Source: Prorocentrum cordatum
Taxonomy: Eukaryota
Assembly: GCA_963575745.1 (NCBI GenBank)
Contig: CAUYUJ010000001.1
Coordinates: 1,302,001 to 1,366,000 of the forward strand
Direction: 5' to 3'
DNA length: 64,000 nt
Shown: piece after piece, positions 35,161-46,845 of the stretch
Layout: the number at the start of each line of letters is the position of its first letter
Position numbering within the stretch: the stretch's first letter is position 1
Program-made: the position numbers and the translations under genes
Notes under the pieces: model-generated
Database searches by the model: none
The model's input: the letters and a program-made list of their open reading frames with translations, nothing else
What the model was told of the DNA's origin: nothing

Positions 35161-36200
35161 GTGCGAGGCTCCACTCGAGGTCGCGCAGCCGGTCGAGCAG
35201 GCTTCCGGACGCCGTCAAGAAGACAAAGAAGACCACGAAGGAACACAAGGACCAGAAGGACAAGGGACCGCCGCAGTGTTGGGAAGGAGTGCGGCCCTCC
35301 CTGCTGGACCCAGCCTCCAAGAAGGACAAGAAAGGCAAGAAGGACCCGCCCTGGTGGACTGAGGTTGGAGGCGGCTCTGTACATACCCACGTGTGACGAC
35401 GTAGACGATTCAGTGGATACGTCCGAGGACCCGCTTCATCATTGGAACGTTCGTGCTGGTGACGGCGGCGTTGACGCAGATCCACAGCCGTTCTACTTGA
35501 GTGGGGAAGCGGTTCACATCGGAGGCCGTTCGGTTATCAAGCGCATCCTTGATTTCAACGGGGTGCCGCTCGAGTGTCCAAAGGATGTCAGTTTCGACGA
35601 GAGTGCGAAGAGTGAGTACGCGGTGACGGTCCCCAGCAACGTCGGCGAGAATGACGACGGGGACGGGGAGGTCTTCAAGCGCAAGGGCGGGGATGAGGAG
35701 AGTAAGCAGGAGGATCTGAAGGAGCTCTTCTCCCCACTCTCCAAGGGAGGCACCAGCAAGGTGTTGGCGGCCGACACGGAGTGCAGCATCAGCCTCGACA
35801 GCTTGGCCGTCGAGTCGGAGGAGTTCTTGGAGGAACACGCCTCGTTTGAGTACGCAGCGAAGGTCAGCAACTCCTTCAGCCAGCTGGAGGACAAGGACAT
35901 GAAGGACCGCATCTATGAGGACAGTAGCACGACTGAGGTCAGCGCTTCCCTCACCGAGCTGGGGGACCAAGACATGCAGGCCTACAGTACAGTGGAGGAC
36001 CCAAAAGGGCCCCGACGTGAAGGGGCTGATTTGGGTCAGGATGGGCACGTTCATGGGCAAGCCCGACAAAATCTGGATCCAGGTACGATGAATTTCTGTT
36101 GTGGGCACAGGGACCACAAAGGACACCGACGTCATGACGTCGGGGATGGACACGTCTATGAGGGTAGCACCGACGAGGACGCGGAGAGCAGAAGGTCTTC
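35161..36200 (+). pseudogene. Coding-like fragment of an unknown protein (Lys-rich start, acidic middle) with apparent frameshifts
   Basis: Strong GC3 codon bias over ~35390-36010 (..PQPFYLSGEAVHIGGRSVIKRILDFNGVPLECPKDVSFDE..FSQLEDKDMKDRIYE..). The coding-like frame appears to switch near 35370 and 36010. The rest of the 785-aa ORF in the track is CCT read-through. Confidence 0.5.
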
Positions 36201-36565
36201 ATCGAGATGGCCAAGGCTCTCCTCGAAGGTGGCTAGCTGCAGAACTTTCCCCAGGTGGAGTGGACTCGTTCGGCGAGGGCTGGACTGGGACACCCTGGTC
36301 CTGGGGGTGGGTTATGCCAGCCGCCTCCGTGCTGTCGGGCCCCCCCCATCGGGGGCCCCGAAAGCGTGGCTCTTTTCCTCGGGCCTTCGTGTTCCTTGGT
36401 TTTCGCTCGGCCTTTTTGGGGCCGTGGCCTCTGGTGGCCGGCGGGTCCGCCTGCTGCTCGCTCCGCCCGGGCTGGTTTTGCTCCCCCACCAGGTGCGCGG
36501 GCGGGCCCCGCCTTGTTGTGGCGGGGGGCACAGACACGCCTCGTCTCATCAGCGTCCCTCAGCGT

Positions 36566-36826
36566 CCCTGGCTGCTAGGTCGATCCTGGGTCGATGTCAT
36601 ATCACTTTCGAAAATTTGCCCCATGAGATGTTTAATATTTGTCCTCCTCGTCTTCCTCTTTCTACTCCTCCTCCTCCCCCTCTTCCTCCTCCTCCTCCTC
36701 CTCCTCCTCCTCCTCCTCCTCCTCCTCCTCCTCCTCCTCCCTTCCCTCTGGCTGCTAGGTCGATCCGAGGGCGAGGTCGTATAACCTTCGAAGGCTTGCC
36801 CCACGAGATGTTTGTTATTGTCCTCC
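36566..36826 (+). repeat. Two diverged copies of an ~80-bp unique module separated by (CCT)n
   Basis: CTGGCTGCTAGGTCGATCC..TTCGAA..TTGCCCCA(T/C)GAGATGTTT at ~36568 and ~36748. Confidence 0.8.
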
Positions 36827-37668
36827 TCCTCCTCCTGCTCCTCCTCCTCAGTATCCTCCTCCTCAGTATCGTCCTCGTCCTCCTCATCCACCTTCTCCCC
36901 ATCATCAGAATCCCTCCTCCTCATGGATTGACCCCCTTGTCGCACCGTTGTCCTCCTTTTACTTCTCCTCCGCCCTCCTCCCCTTCTCCTCCTCCTCCTC
37001 CTCCTCCTCCTCCTCCTCCTCCTCCTCCTCTTCCTCCTCTTCATCCTCATCATCCACCTCCTCCTCAGCTTCCTCCTCATCCTTGTCCTCATCCTCATTA
37101 TCATCATCCTCATCCTCATCATCCTCGGTGTTGCTTCGCGTCTGCCTCGTCCTTCTCCCCCTCCTCCTCATCCTCCTCCTTCTCCTCCTCCTCTTGCTCC
37201 TCCTCCTCTTCATCCTCCTTCTCCTCGTCCTCCTCCTCCTCGTCCTCCTCTCCCTCCTCCTCCTCCTCCTCCTCCTCTTCCTCCTCCTCCTTCGTCTCCT
37301 CCTATTCCTCTTCCTCCCTCCTCCTCCTCCTCCTCCTCTTCTTGAGTATCCTCCGTTCCTGGCCCGTCCTTGCACATCCGTCTTCCATCCTCTTGTCCGC
37401 ACTTCCTCCGGTACCGTCCCTCCTGACTGTCCAATTTGTTTGCGTCCCCCTCTTCTGTTCTTCCCGTCTCCCCTTCCTGTCCCCCCCTCCAGCCCCTCAT
37501 TCCTCATCCTCTGAATGATCGCCCGCATATTTCTTCCTGGTGCGAGGGGGAAATCGAGATGCAATCGGAAGAGAAGGGGAGAGGAGGGAAAGAGGTGTGG
37601 GAGGAAGGAGCGAGATGAAAGAGGCGGAGGAGGAGCCTCCCGTCATCCGTTCCCGACGACGGCAACGA

Positions 37669-37746
<78 letters not shown>

Positions 37747-38780
37747 GCGACGACGACGACGACGACGGCGACGGATCACAACGACGAACGTTGACGACGA
37801 GTGAGGACAACGAGTGACGGCGACAAACGGCGAATGACGACGGCGGACGACGAACGACGACGACGAAATACGACGGCGCGAGAGCACAAGGAGCACGCGC
37901 GGTGGCCGCTGGTGCGCCTGGTGCTGAAGCGCGACAGCCCCGAGTCCCCTCTGGGAGGGGAGGTGGGGTCCTTCTGGCTCCACATCGCTCCTCCTCCTCC
38001 TCCTTCTGGCTCCACATCCTCCTCCTCCTTCTCCTCCTCGTCCTCCTCCAAATCCTCCTCCTCCTCCTCCTCCTCCTCGTTCTCCTCATCCGCATCATCC
38101 TCCTCTACCTCCTCGGTGGTTGCTTCGCTTCTCCCTCCTCATCCTCCTCCTCCTCCTCTTCCTCCTCCTCCGCTTCCTCCGCCTCCTCCTCCGCTTCATC
38201 CTCATCATCCTCCTCATCATCATTATCATCCTCATCCTCATCCTCGCTCCTCCTCCTCCTCCTCTTCATCCTGCGCCTCCGCCTCCTCCTTATCGTCCTC
38301 CTCCTCATCCTCCTCCTCCTCCGTCTCCTCATCATCAGCCGCCGCATCATCACCAGCATCATCATGTTCGTCCTCCTCCTTCGCGTCATCCTCATCTTCA
38401 TCATCAGCGTCCTCCTCCTCATCCTCATCCTCAGTAACATCGTCCTCATCCTCTTTCTCCTGGGTGGTGCTTCGCGTCTGCCTCGCCCTCCTCCTCCTCC
38501 TCCTCCTCCTCCTCCTCCTCCTCCTCCTCCTCCTCCTGCTCCCCTTCCGCCTCATCATCTTCATCCTCCTCCTCCGTTTCCTCCTCCGCCTCTTCCTCCT
38601 CCCCATCCTCGTCCTCCTCCTCATCATCCTCCTTCTCCGCCTCCTGGGTAGCCTCCTCGTCATCCTCCTGATCCCCCTCCTCTTCCTCCTCCTCTTCCTC
38701 CTCCGCTTCCTCATCCTCCTCCTCATCATCCTCATCATCCTCCTTCGTTTCCCCCTCCTCCTCCTTCTCCTCCTCCTCCT
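36650..38780 (+). repeat. Extended (CCT)/(CAT) tract with a (GAC)n block at ~37668-37870
   Basis: Direct reading of the sequence. Confidence 0.85.
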
Positions 38781-39272
38781 GCGCACTGACGGCCACGCGG
38801 CGGTCTGTCCGCCGTAGCCGCAGCGCGCGCCCGCGTCCGCGGCCGCGCGCTGTGGGCGCGCCCAGATCTGTACCGAGCACGCGCATCGTGACCTATTTCC
38901 CACCCTCTACCTCAGCGGGGTGCTGAGGCAGAAGGTGGGAGCCCCAGGAAACAGCCTCTGGACCCAAAACCCCGCCAAGGAACAGGAAGGAAACCACGGA
39001 AGCCTCAGGCGCCACGAGGAGGGGGAAAGGAGGCGGGGCCCGAGGGGCCGAAGGACAAAATACCAAAGCCTGGGTCACTTAGCCCCCCGACCACCACCTC
39101 CATAGTTGAAGACGATCTCCATTTCGCGCATTCGACGCGGAGGTGATGGTGGGGGGGGCCAAATTATAGTGCACGAGTGTGGCGCCCCCCCCCAACAGAA
39201 GGGAGCCAGGCGGCAAATTAGCCCAGTGCGACCCTACATAGAAGTTGGAGCCCCTAGGAAAGCAGCATTAGT

Positions 39273-39616
39273 TGCTATGCTATGCCATGCCATGCTATGC
39301 TGCGCTATGATATGCTATGATATGCTATGCTATGCTAAGCTATGATATGTCATGCTGCGCCGTGTTATGCTTAGCGATGATATGTTATGCTATGCTATGC
39401 TAAGCTGCGCTATGTTCTGCTATGATATGATATGCTATGATATGCTGCGCTATGCTATGCTACGCTATGCTATGCTATGATGTGCTCTGTTATGCTAAAG
39501 CTCAGCGAAGCTAAGATGAAGGTAAGCTAAGCTAAGATAAACCTGAGCTAAGATGAAGCTAAGCTAAGCTAAGATGAAATAAGCTAAGCTAAGATGAGAT
39601 AAGCACCGCTAAGCTA
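39273..39616. repeat. Pentamer microsatellite (ATGCT)n grading into (AAGCT)n
   Basis: Direct reading of the sequence. Confidence 0.9.
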
Positions 39617-39922
39617 AGGGGACGTAACTGGGGGAACCGCGGGGCGGATACTGGGAGACCCGCCCGGGGCGCTTTCCACTGCCCGACCCCTTTAAGCCCA
39701 GAGAGTAAGAACCCTTCTAGGCAGAGCCTAGGTAGGGAACATCTAAAAAGAGAGAGGAAGGAACGGGGGGGGGGGCCCACAAACTACTACGAGGCGGCCG
39801 AGCCCCCAGGGAACCCGAGGGAGGGACAAGGGTCAAGGCCACCAGGGCTCAGGAGGACAGGGGGAGGCAAGGGAACCTGGGGTGGCTCGGCCCCCTACTA
39901 TCGGCCCCCGCGGGGCCAGGTT

Positions 39923-41330
39923 TCAGACGAAGAGGTCGACCTCATCCCCCTCGCGGCCGCCTGCGCCCCCTAGGGTATCTTTGGGGGCCGGCACGCTCGC
40001 CGCCGAGGGGGCGTTCACGACCCTGTACTGCGTGGGGCTGGTGTCTTTGTTGGACGTGTGCGTGGTGTTGCCGTAGGGGTCCTTCATGTGCCCCTCGTAT
40101 GGGCGTGGGCCCAGGCCGAGGTGGCCTGCTGCTCCGCTCTCGCTGTTGTTGTTTCCTTTTTTGGACTGACCCTGCCCCCCGCCCTTCGGTGCCAGCGGCG
40201 CTGCGGGTGTACAGGGGGCTGTCACCACCCTTCGGCGCCGCGCGCTGTGGTGACAAGCCGTTGTGGTCCTCCTCCTCGTCTGGGTTGATCTTCGCCATTG
40301 TCGCGTTGTGGTTGCCGTCGAGAGGGTACTGGTCGTGGTTGTGGTCGCGTTCGACGTCATGGTAGTTCTGGGAGTAGCCGTCGTTCCTACCATGCTGGGA
40401 CCTGTGCTGTCTGGCTCCTGTGGCAGTGTATGGCGACGCCCGTCTGGCGCTGGTACCCTCTGGGAGTGTCGTCTCCTGATGTTGGGTTGGCTGCTCATGC
40501 TCGCTTTCTACGTGGTAGCGGTCATAGTATGTCACGAATTCGGTTATACTGTCTGTCCGTTGTGCGTCGTTGTTGTTGCTTTCGCGTGCTGCTGCCATGA
40601 TGCGTCGCTGGTGTGCTGGAAATGCTTGCTCGTGATCGTGTGGTCGGTCACAGTGACAAGGTTGTGGCTCTTCAAGTATTGTAGTTCGTGGGGGGCGGTG
40701 GTCGAGATTGGTCCGATGTTCATCCAGCAGGCCGTGTCGTTGGCGATACACGTGTACATGAGGAAGATAGCGTCACGTGTCTTCGCGTTGTCGTCCATGA
40801 TGGTATTTAAGTCTTTTGTGCTGGAGTCTCTTCCCAACGAGTTTTGCTCATCACGAAGTCATTTGCTGTTGTCGAGGCTCGGTATGGTTTTCTTGTAGTA
40901 AACGGCGTCGGTTGTACCATTCCGTATAGCTTTGTTAATAGCGTTGTTAGTGTAGTCAGGGCTTCTGTCATTATACGTCTGACTCGTGTCGTTCGCTGTA
41001 GTAGATATACGTACTCGTCGTTGCTGTAGGGTTGCTTGCTGCTCGATGCCGTTGACGATGCGCATAGTGTCTTCACTGGTGGCATTCTGGTCGGTGGTGA
41101 TCATAATCGTCGAAATCCGATGTGGTCTGACGTTGTCTGCCTCCGATGTATCACCGTCGGTTGTGTGGTGCCGTATGTGTTGTAAACGACTATCGTGTGT
41201 CTGGGTTCCTTCCGTCTGTCCTCGTCCCTCGTCCTGCTCTTCATCTGCTTGCGGTGACAGGGGAATTGGTGCCGGAATTATCGTTACATGTTCGTCGTCC
41301 GTGCCTGTTCGTTGTGCAGGTGGTGGCCCG
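39923..41330 (-). pseudogene. Uncharacterised coding-like extension downstream of the zinc fingers
   Basis: Consecutive ORF pieces 40859-41104 and 40544-40837 (same frame across one stop), then 39942-40751 and 39923-40498. Same strand composition as the LINE. Confidence 0.4.
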
Positions 41331-41371
41331 TAGAGTTGTAGGCACGGGCGTTCTGCGTAATCTTCGGGTAG

Positions 41372-41722
41372 TCATTTGTTTTTGCGTGTTCCTCGTATGT
41401 GCTTTATCTCTTCGTATAGGTCACTGGTTTCGTCGTCGTCGTCGAGCTGCTGGCTGTACGTCATGGCAAGTGATGCACACTGTCTGCTGGCGCACATGTG
41501 CTTATACAATCGGTTGACCGTCCCGTACTCCCTCACACAGAACTGGCATACAGTCCCGTGGATGTAGTTGGTTATGGTTTCCTGATGCTTGTGCTTGGCG
41601 TGCATGTGCTTTTGGTACGCTGCCTTGCCGTTCAGGATTTGTCCACAGTTGTAACATAGGTACCTGCGATCATGTTGTGGGTCTTCAATCTCGGGCTTCG
41701 GGATGGTGGTGCCATCGCACAT
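41372..41722 (-). pseudogene. LINE ORF2 C-terminal double C2H2 zinc finger
   Basis: YLCYNCGQILNGKAAYQKHMHAKH and VCQFCVREYGTVNRLYKHMCASRQC. Confidence 0.8.
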
Positions 41723-41824
41723 GCCTTTGGTGCGTCTTCTCCAGGCGATTTTGGCTGCTTCTTCTTTGTTGAAGTCGACGGTTGTCTTGTAGGCGTGTGT
41801 AGTTATGCGTTTGTATTTGGATGG

Positions 41825-43690
41825 TTATTCTTTTGCTATGCCTATCCATTGGCGCATGTCGTCGTAGTGGGGCGTATTGTGGTGCTTGCTGGTGTGCACT
41901 TTGATATGTTGGAGGTCGTCTGCTACCGTACTTGTCCATCTGTCTTTGGTCTCGATGTCGTAGTCACGTAAGACTCTTAGTTCAGTAGGGCACGCGTTCG
42001 TTATCCGTAGAATATGTCGCAACCTTGTTTGCCGTAGTCTTTGTAGGAGTGTCGGGATGCCTGCCCAGCTGATGACCTCGATGTTGGTGATATTATCCCG
42101 CTGAGTTGTCTGATGGTCAATGCCCAATGCCATCCTCGCTGCTGCTGTGTACGTAGTGGCGATCCTGTCCGTGTCAGTCGTTTTTGCAGGTATCCATGTT
42201 CCTGCATTGTATAGTAGTCGTGAGTATCCAAGGGCATTGAGATAATGTATCTTAGCCGTATTAGTGATCTTGTCGCGCTTGAACATCGTCTTTCGAAGTG
42301 GTGTGGTAGCTTCCTTTAGAGCAAGTACACGTGCTGCAGCTTATTGGGTAAAGTCGCTCCGATCGTTTACCATTGCGCCCAGGACTTTGAGAGTTCGCGC
42401 AATAGTCACTGTCATCCCCATGTCCGTGTATTTTTTCTGGTCGATGTGCAATTGCCTCGCGACTCTTTGTCCTTCCTTATTATTGGTGAAGACGAGGAAG
42501 TTACCCTTGGTAATGTGAATGGGGAGTCCTCTCGATAGGGTTGTTCGTATTAGTATCCCCCACATGGTTTTGACTGTAGTCTCGATCGCATTGCCGTCGG
42601 TGACCGTTGCCATAGCTTTCACGTCGTCGACGAATGATGTTGTCGTCATAGTCTGGTCTTCAGGGCTATTGAAGAATACTGGGGAGCTGCCTGGTAATCT
42701 TACTGAGGCGTCCGCGTTGATCGCATCCTCGTGATAGTCTTTCGCGACTGCAGACATCAGCGCGTTGAACGCGAAGCCGGCTGTAGGTATTCCTGGTCGT
42801 GTTCCTAGCTTTGGTGCTGCGTAGTCTGAGTCGCTTTCGGTGAAGAACCACGTGGTGCGGTGGGCTTCGGTCAGCATCGAGAGCAAATGCTTGTTTTCTA
42901 TGTGGGTACTGACGATGCCGTTGTTGTTCATGAGGGTCTGTATAGCCGGATGCATGCATTGGGGAATATCCATATGGACGATCAGGTTGTCGATGTCGTC
43001 GGTGCTCATTTGGATGTCGTACACCGGTATCGTGGCTACCTTGTGAAAGGCAGTTTTCAGGTCGATCATGATCATGATGAGATTGGTTCCTTTCGCGGCT
43101 GCAAGGTTGAATGTCAGTCGCATTATAAGGTGGTTGGAGTCCGTGCTGTAGTGGTTTCTGCCTCCCATCTGAATACTGACGAATAGCCCAGGTAGCAAGT
43201 CCTTCATGCATTGTCGTATATATATGCATGCAGTGGTGCTTAATGATGGTGTTAGCGATCGATATCGATCGGTGGTTTTGTAGCGTCTCTTCGACCCCTT
43301 TTCCTTTTCCAGAAGTGCGTCATTCGTGATCCTTTGTGTGTCACTGCTTCTCGGATGAAAAGTGCAGTCTTTGAAATTAGCGGGTGCGTGTGGCGCGCCA
43401 TCTCTCGTGGTGCCGCATGGGCAAGGTCGTCGGTAATTTCGTCAGGTCGTGCAGCTCATCCAAGTTCGCACCGTGCCAATTGTTCTTCCAGCTCGTAGAT
43501 GCTAGCAAAGTTGTCGATGCTTCTGACCGTATTGTTCTCGCAGATGTCGTAGGTGTTGTTGTATTGCCCTGTTATGTCGGTATGTGTCATGAAAGCTGCA
43601 GCTTCTATGTCGCCGAAGTGGTGGGCGGCTTCTTTGTGCTTCGCCGCCGCGTCTGTGATAACCTCGCCATCGTTGTCCGCCATCATAGGG
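41825..43690 (-). pseudogene. Reverse transcriptase and thumb of a non-LTR element (interrupted)
   Basis: G*AARPDEI (domain 0), NHRSISI, QMGGR, MIDLKTAFHKV, GTRPGIPTAGFAFN, catalytic SFVDD, LKVLG, SRLLYNAGTW and RQTRLRHILRI. Confidence 0.9.
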
Positions 43691-44369
43691 CACGTCCGTG
43701 TATTGCGTCGCTTGCGCCCGCCAAACTACATTAGCTTGCGTACTCGTTTCCGTTCGTTGTGTGGCTCCTTGTTGTGCCTCGCTTCTGCTGCTCGTGTGGC
43801 TTGCTGGTTGATGAACTCGTCGTAGTCATCGTTGACCATTCGTGGTGATGTTTTCCGAGTCTCGTTGTACCTTTCCCGTGCAGCGAGGATAAATCCGTTG
43901 TAGCCGTTGTTGATGTTAGCCCGCTGTGTTTCGATGGCGAGTCGCACGAGTCCAATATAGTGCTGGCCGATGTATTTGGACGGTACGCTCCTTGTCGGGC
44001 GCTCGATTGTGTAGGCTATATTCTTGATAATTATTATGGTCACTATGTGGTGCTCTGGTCCATGCTGCGCCGCTTTCCGCAATAGCTTGGCAAGCCGTCG
44101 TCGGTCGATGATAAACTCGAATGTATGATCGGAGATGTATTCCTGCATCTTCTTGTGCTGGCTCTTGGGAAATGATGCAGTGGCTGCCTCCATGATGCTG
44201 AGCGTGTAGAAATAGGCGTGCCGGTCGAGGCTGGTATACCAGTCGGGGACCACGGTAGTTTCGAGCATTTGCTTGAATTTGTTGCTCGCCTCCTCGTCCG
44301 TCAGCTTTGTTCTGTCGATCTTAGGGAACAGCTTCTTTTTGGCCCTGGCCGATATTCGGCAAGCCACTT

Positions 44370-45165
44370 GTGGTTGGTGTGGTTGGTCTGCATTGGCTTG
44401 CTTTTTAAAACGTCTCGAGGTCTGGCATCGTCAAACATGCTGTCACAACTTGATGTAGTCGTTCGCTTAACATGATGTAGTCGATGCGGTGTCCATGTCC
44501 GTGGGCATCTTTCCACGCGCGGTGATCTTTGCCGCATGATCTGTGGGCATTGACGATAGGCATGTGCGCCGACGCAGCCAATTCATGTAGCCGCTGTCTA
44601 TGTTCGTCTTGTTGCTGTTGTAGACCTGCAGATCCAACCCATTGTGATGTCGTATATCCCACTCGCCCGTTCGCATCGATGAAGATTATGGACGGGTTGA
44701 ACTTCGATGCTTGCTTGGTTAGGTGAACCCAGAATCCATTTCGTTCTTTTGCGTTCTTCTCCTTATGCGGACCGTGCGCAGCACACACTATGTGGTCGAA
44801 GGCCTTCGCCTGGATCCGCACAATGAGTAGTCGTGGCTTGGCTACAATAACATGAAAGTCCGATGGCTGAAAAAAAATGGCCCCATTGGTGTTGTAGCAC
44901 GTGGTAACGCAAGGCTGGCCCACAATTGGCACCCGCAGTTATAGTTGTGATGTGGGCTGCTGATCATGCAGTACCCGTTGCTGGTAGCTACTCATCGCTC
45001 GCCACGTCCTTCTTGGATTCCAATCAGGTGTATATCGCGATGTTGTCGCTGTCGTCGCATGACCGGCCCCCGCCGTTCGTTAGTCCATCTTCCTGCTCTG
45101 GTCATGTTTTTCTTGATTGGCGGCTCCGCTTCTCTGACGCTCTCGACGTTGTAGGTCATGATATG
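44370..45165 (-). pseudogene. Apurinic/apyrimidinic-like (APE) endonuclease domain (frameshifted)
   Basis: Motifs IMTYNV, LIGIQEGR, AAHGPH, FIDANGRVG and HRIDYIM in canonical order. Confidence 0.85.
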
Positions 45166-45404
45166 AATCTTGATCTCCGCTGAGATGTTTGTAGTCTCCG
45201 TCGGTGCAATCATGTACTCGGGCTTGGCGTCGCGCTACGTGTTCCCGAAGATGAGGTTGTTGTCCTGTTTATCTGGGTATGCGTGTCGGTCTCGGCTGTT
45301 ATGGTCCAGCATTTCTTTCCCATTGATAATATTTGCTGGTAGTAATAACGAGTTGGAAGCTCCGCGGCACATTGTTAGTCGGCTCGTCCTTCTCGTGCTT
45401 CGCC

Positions 45405-45850
45405 CGTTCTTGCTTTGATAGGCAATCAGTAAGTTCGTTCCACGGCATCCCTTCGTGGCTTGGCACGCGGTGGAAGTCGATGCTGGCGATGGTGCTGGCG
45501 CACGCGTGTACAAGCTTGAGGTGCATGGCGAGGTCGCGGTCTGCGGTCGATACTGCCGTGCCGAGGCATTTTTCGATAACCGTCTCGCAGTCTGTAAAGA
45601 TGTTGACGTTCTGCGATTCGTTGGCCGCAAGTATCCACATAAGTGTCTGTATAACTGCCATGACCTCGCCTGTTGTGTTGGTATATGCGCTCCAATTAAC
45701 ATGCATAGTGTGGCTGTTGCTGACGATGCCGTAGCATGCGCCTCTGAATGTTCGTTCTTCGAACATATGTGTTTCCTGCAACAGTATGAAGGCCCAAGCG
45801 CAGCTGCATTTCTTCTTGATATTGTAGGACGCGTCCGTGTAAAAGTTCTT
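45405..45850 (-). pseudogene. RNase H type I domain located upstream of APE
   Basis: FYTDAS ... TNTTGEVMA ... IFTDCE ... HRVPSHEGMPWNELTD. The D-E-D-D catalytic set and the His loop are retained within ORF 45299-46234. Confidence 0.88.
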
Positions 45851-46459
45851 CGTCCTGTGGCTGTTGTTGCCGATGGGGGTCGAGTCGAGGGCGTACCGCG
45901 CTGCGGGGTGCAGGTCGTCTCCGTGGACGTTCTGATATAATGTCGGTGCGGGCGTTGCTTGTATCCTTGTCTTCAAGCTGCTGGTGTTGCCGAGGTCGCA
46001 CATGGCGTCGAGCTGTCGATGGCTGGTGCTGTATTGGCGTATTGTTTGTTGTCGGGTTGTTTCTTGGTTGATTGCATTGGTTGCTGCTCGGTGAATCGTC
46101 GGTTGGTCGGGTGTGTCCTTGTTTGATTTAACTCTAAATGGTTGCATAGCTCTGGTTGTGCTCGTGGTCGTGCTGGCTGTGTTTTTGTGAGTCTTGTCTT
46201 CTCGGAGTCGTCTCGGCTGTCGGAATGGTAGCATTGCGGGTCGCGTATCCTGTGCTGGCTCGTTGTGGTGATCGTCTTTTTGTAGTGCTACTGCACCGGT
46301 GCCCTGGGACGCTGTCAGGACTGCCGGCTATCCATAGCGGTTTGTGATACGTACAGTAGGTTGTCTTGTGGGCCTGCTTGTTGCGCGTGATACTGCTCGG
46401 CTGATCGGTCGCGTGAACTCCTCCTTCTTCGTTGTGATATTGGGGGCGTTGATCGCTGG

Positions 46460-46845
46460 GTCGGCGCGTTGATAATATGGTCGGTGTCTGGTCGAGTTGC
46501 TGCTGGTCTTGGCGCATAGGTGGTGGTCGCACTTATGAGGCCTCCATACACCGACTTCAAGTGGGGTTCGTGGCTGTCCCACCTCGTCCCGCTATGGCCA
46601 GGGGTCACAGTGCCCTCGGTGGGGGCGAACCCCAGGCCTTGTGCTTGCTTGGTCGGCGTGCTTATCGTTTGGTCGGTGCGTGGTCGGGTTGTTGCTGGTT
46701 GTTGCGCATTGGTTGTGGGCGCACTTGTGAGGCCTCCATGCACCGACTTCAAGTGGGATTCGTGGCTGTCCCACCTCGTCCCGCTATGGCTAGGGGTCGC
46801 AGTGCCATCGGTGGGGGCGAACCCTAGGCCTCGTGCTTGCTTCTG
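46460..46845 (-). repeat. 192-bp (64-aa) in-frame tandem duplication inside the LINE
   Basis: CACCGACTTCAAGTGG at 46549 and 46741. The peptide KQA.GLGFAPT.GT.TP.HSGTRWDSHE.HLKSV.GGL occurs twice. Confidence 0.9.

Noticed and set aside
42069..42100. Hammerhead core CTGATGA (also at ~49562)
   Set aside because: There is no stem II followed by GAAA, and it lies antisense within coding sequence.
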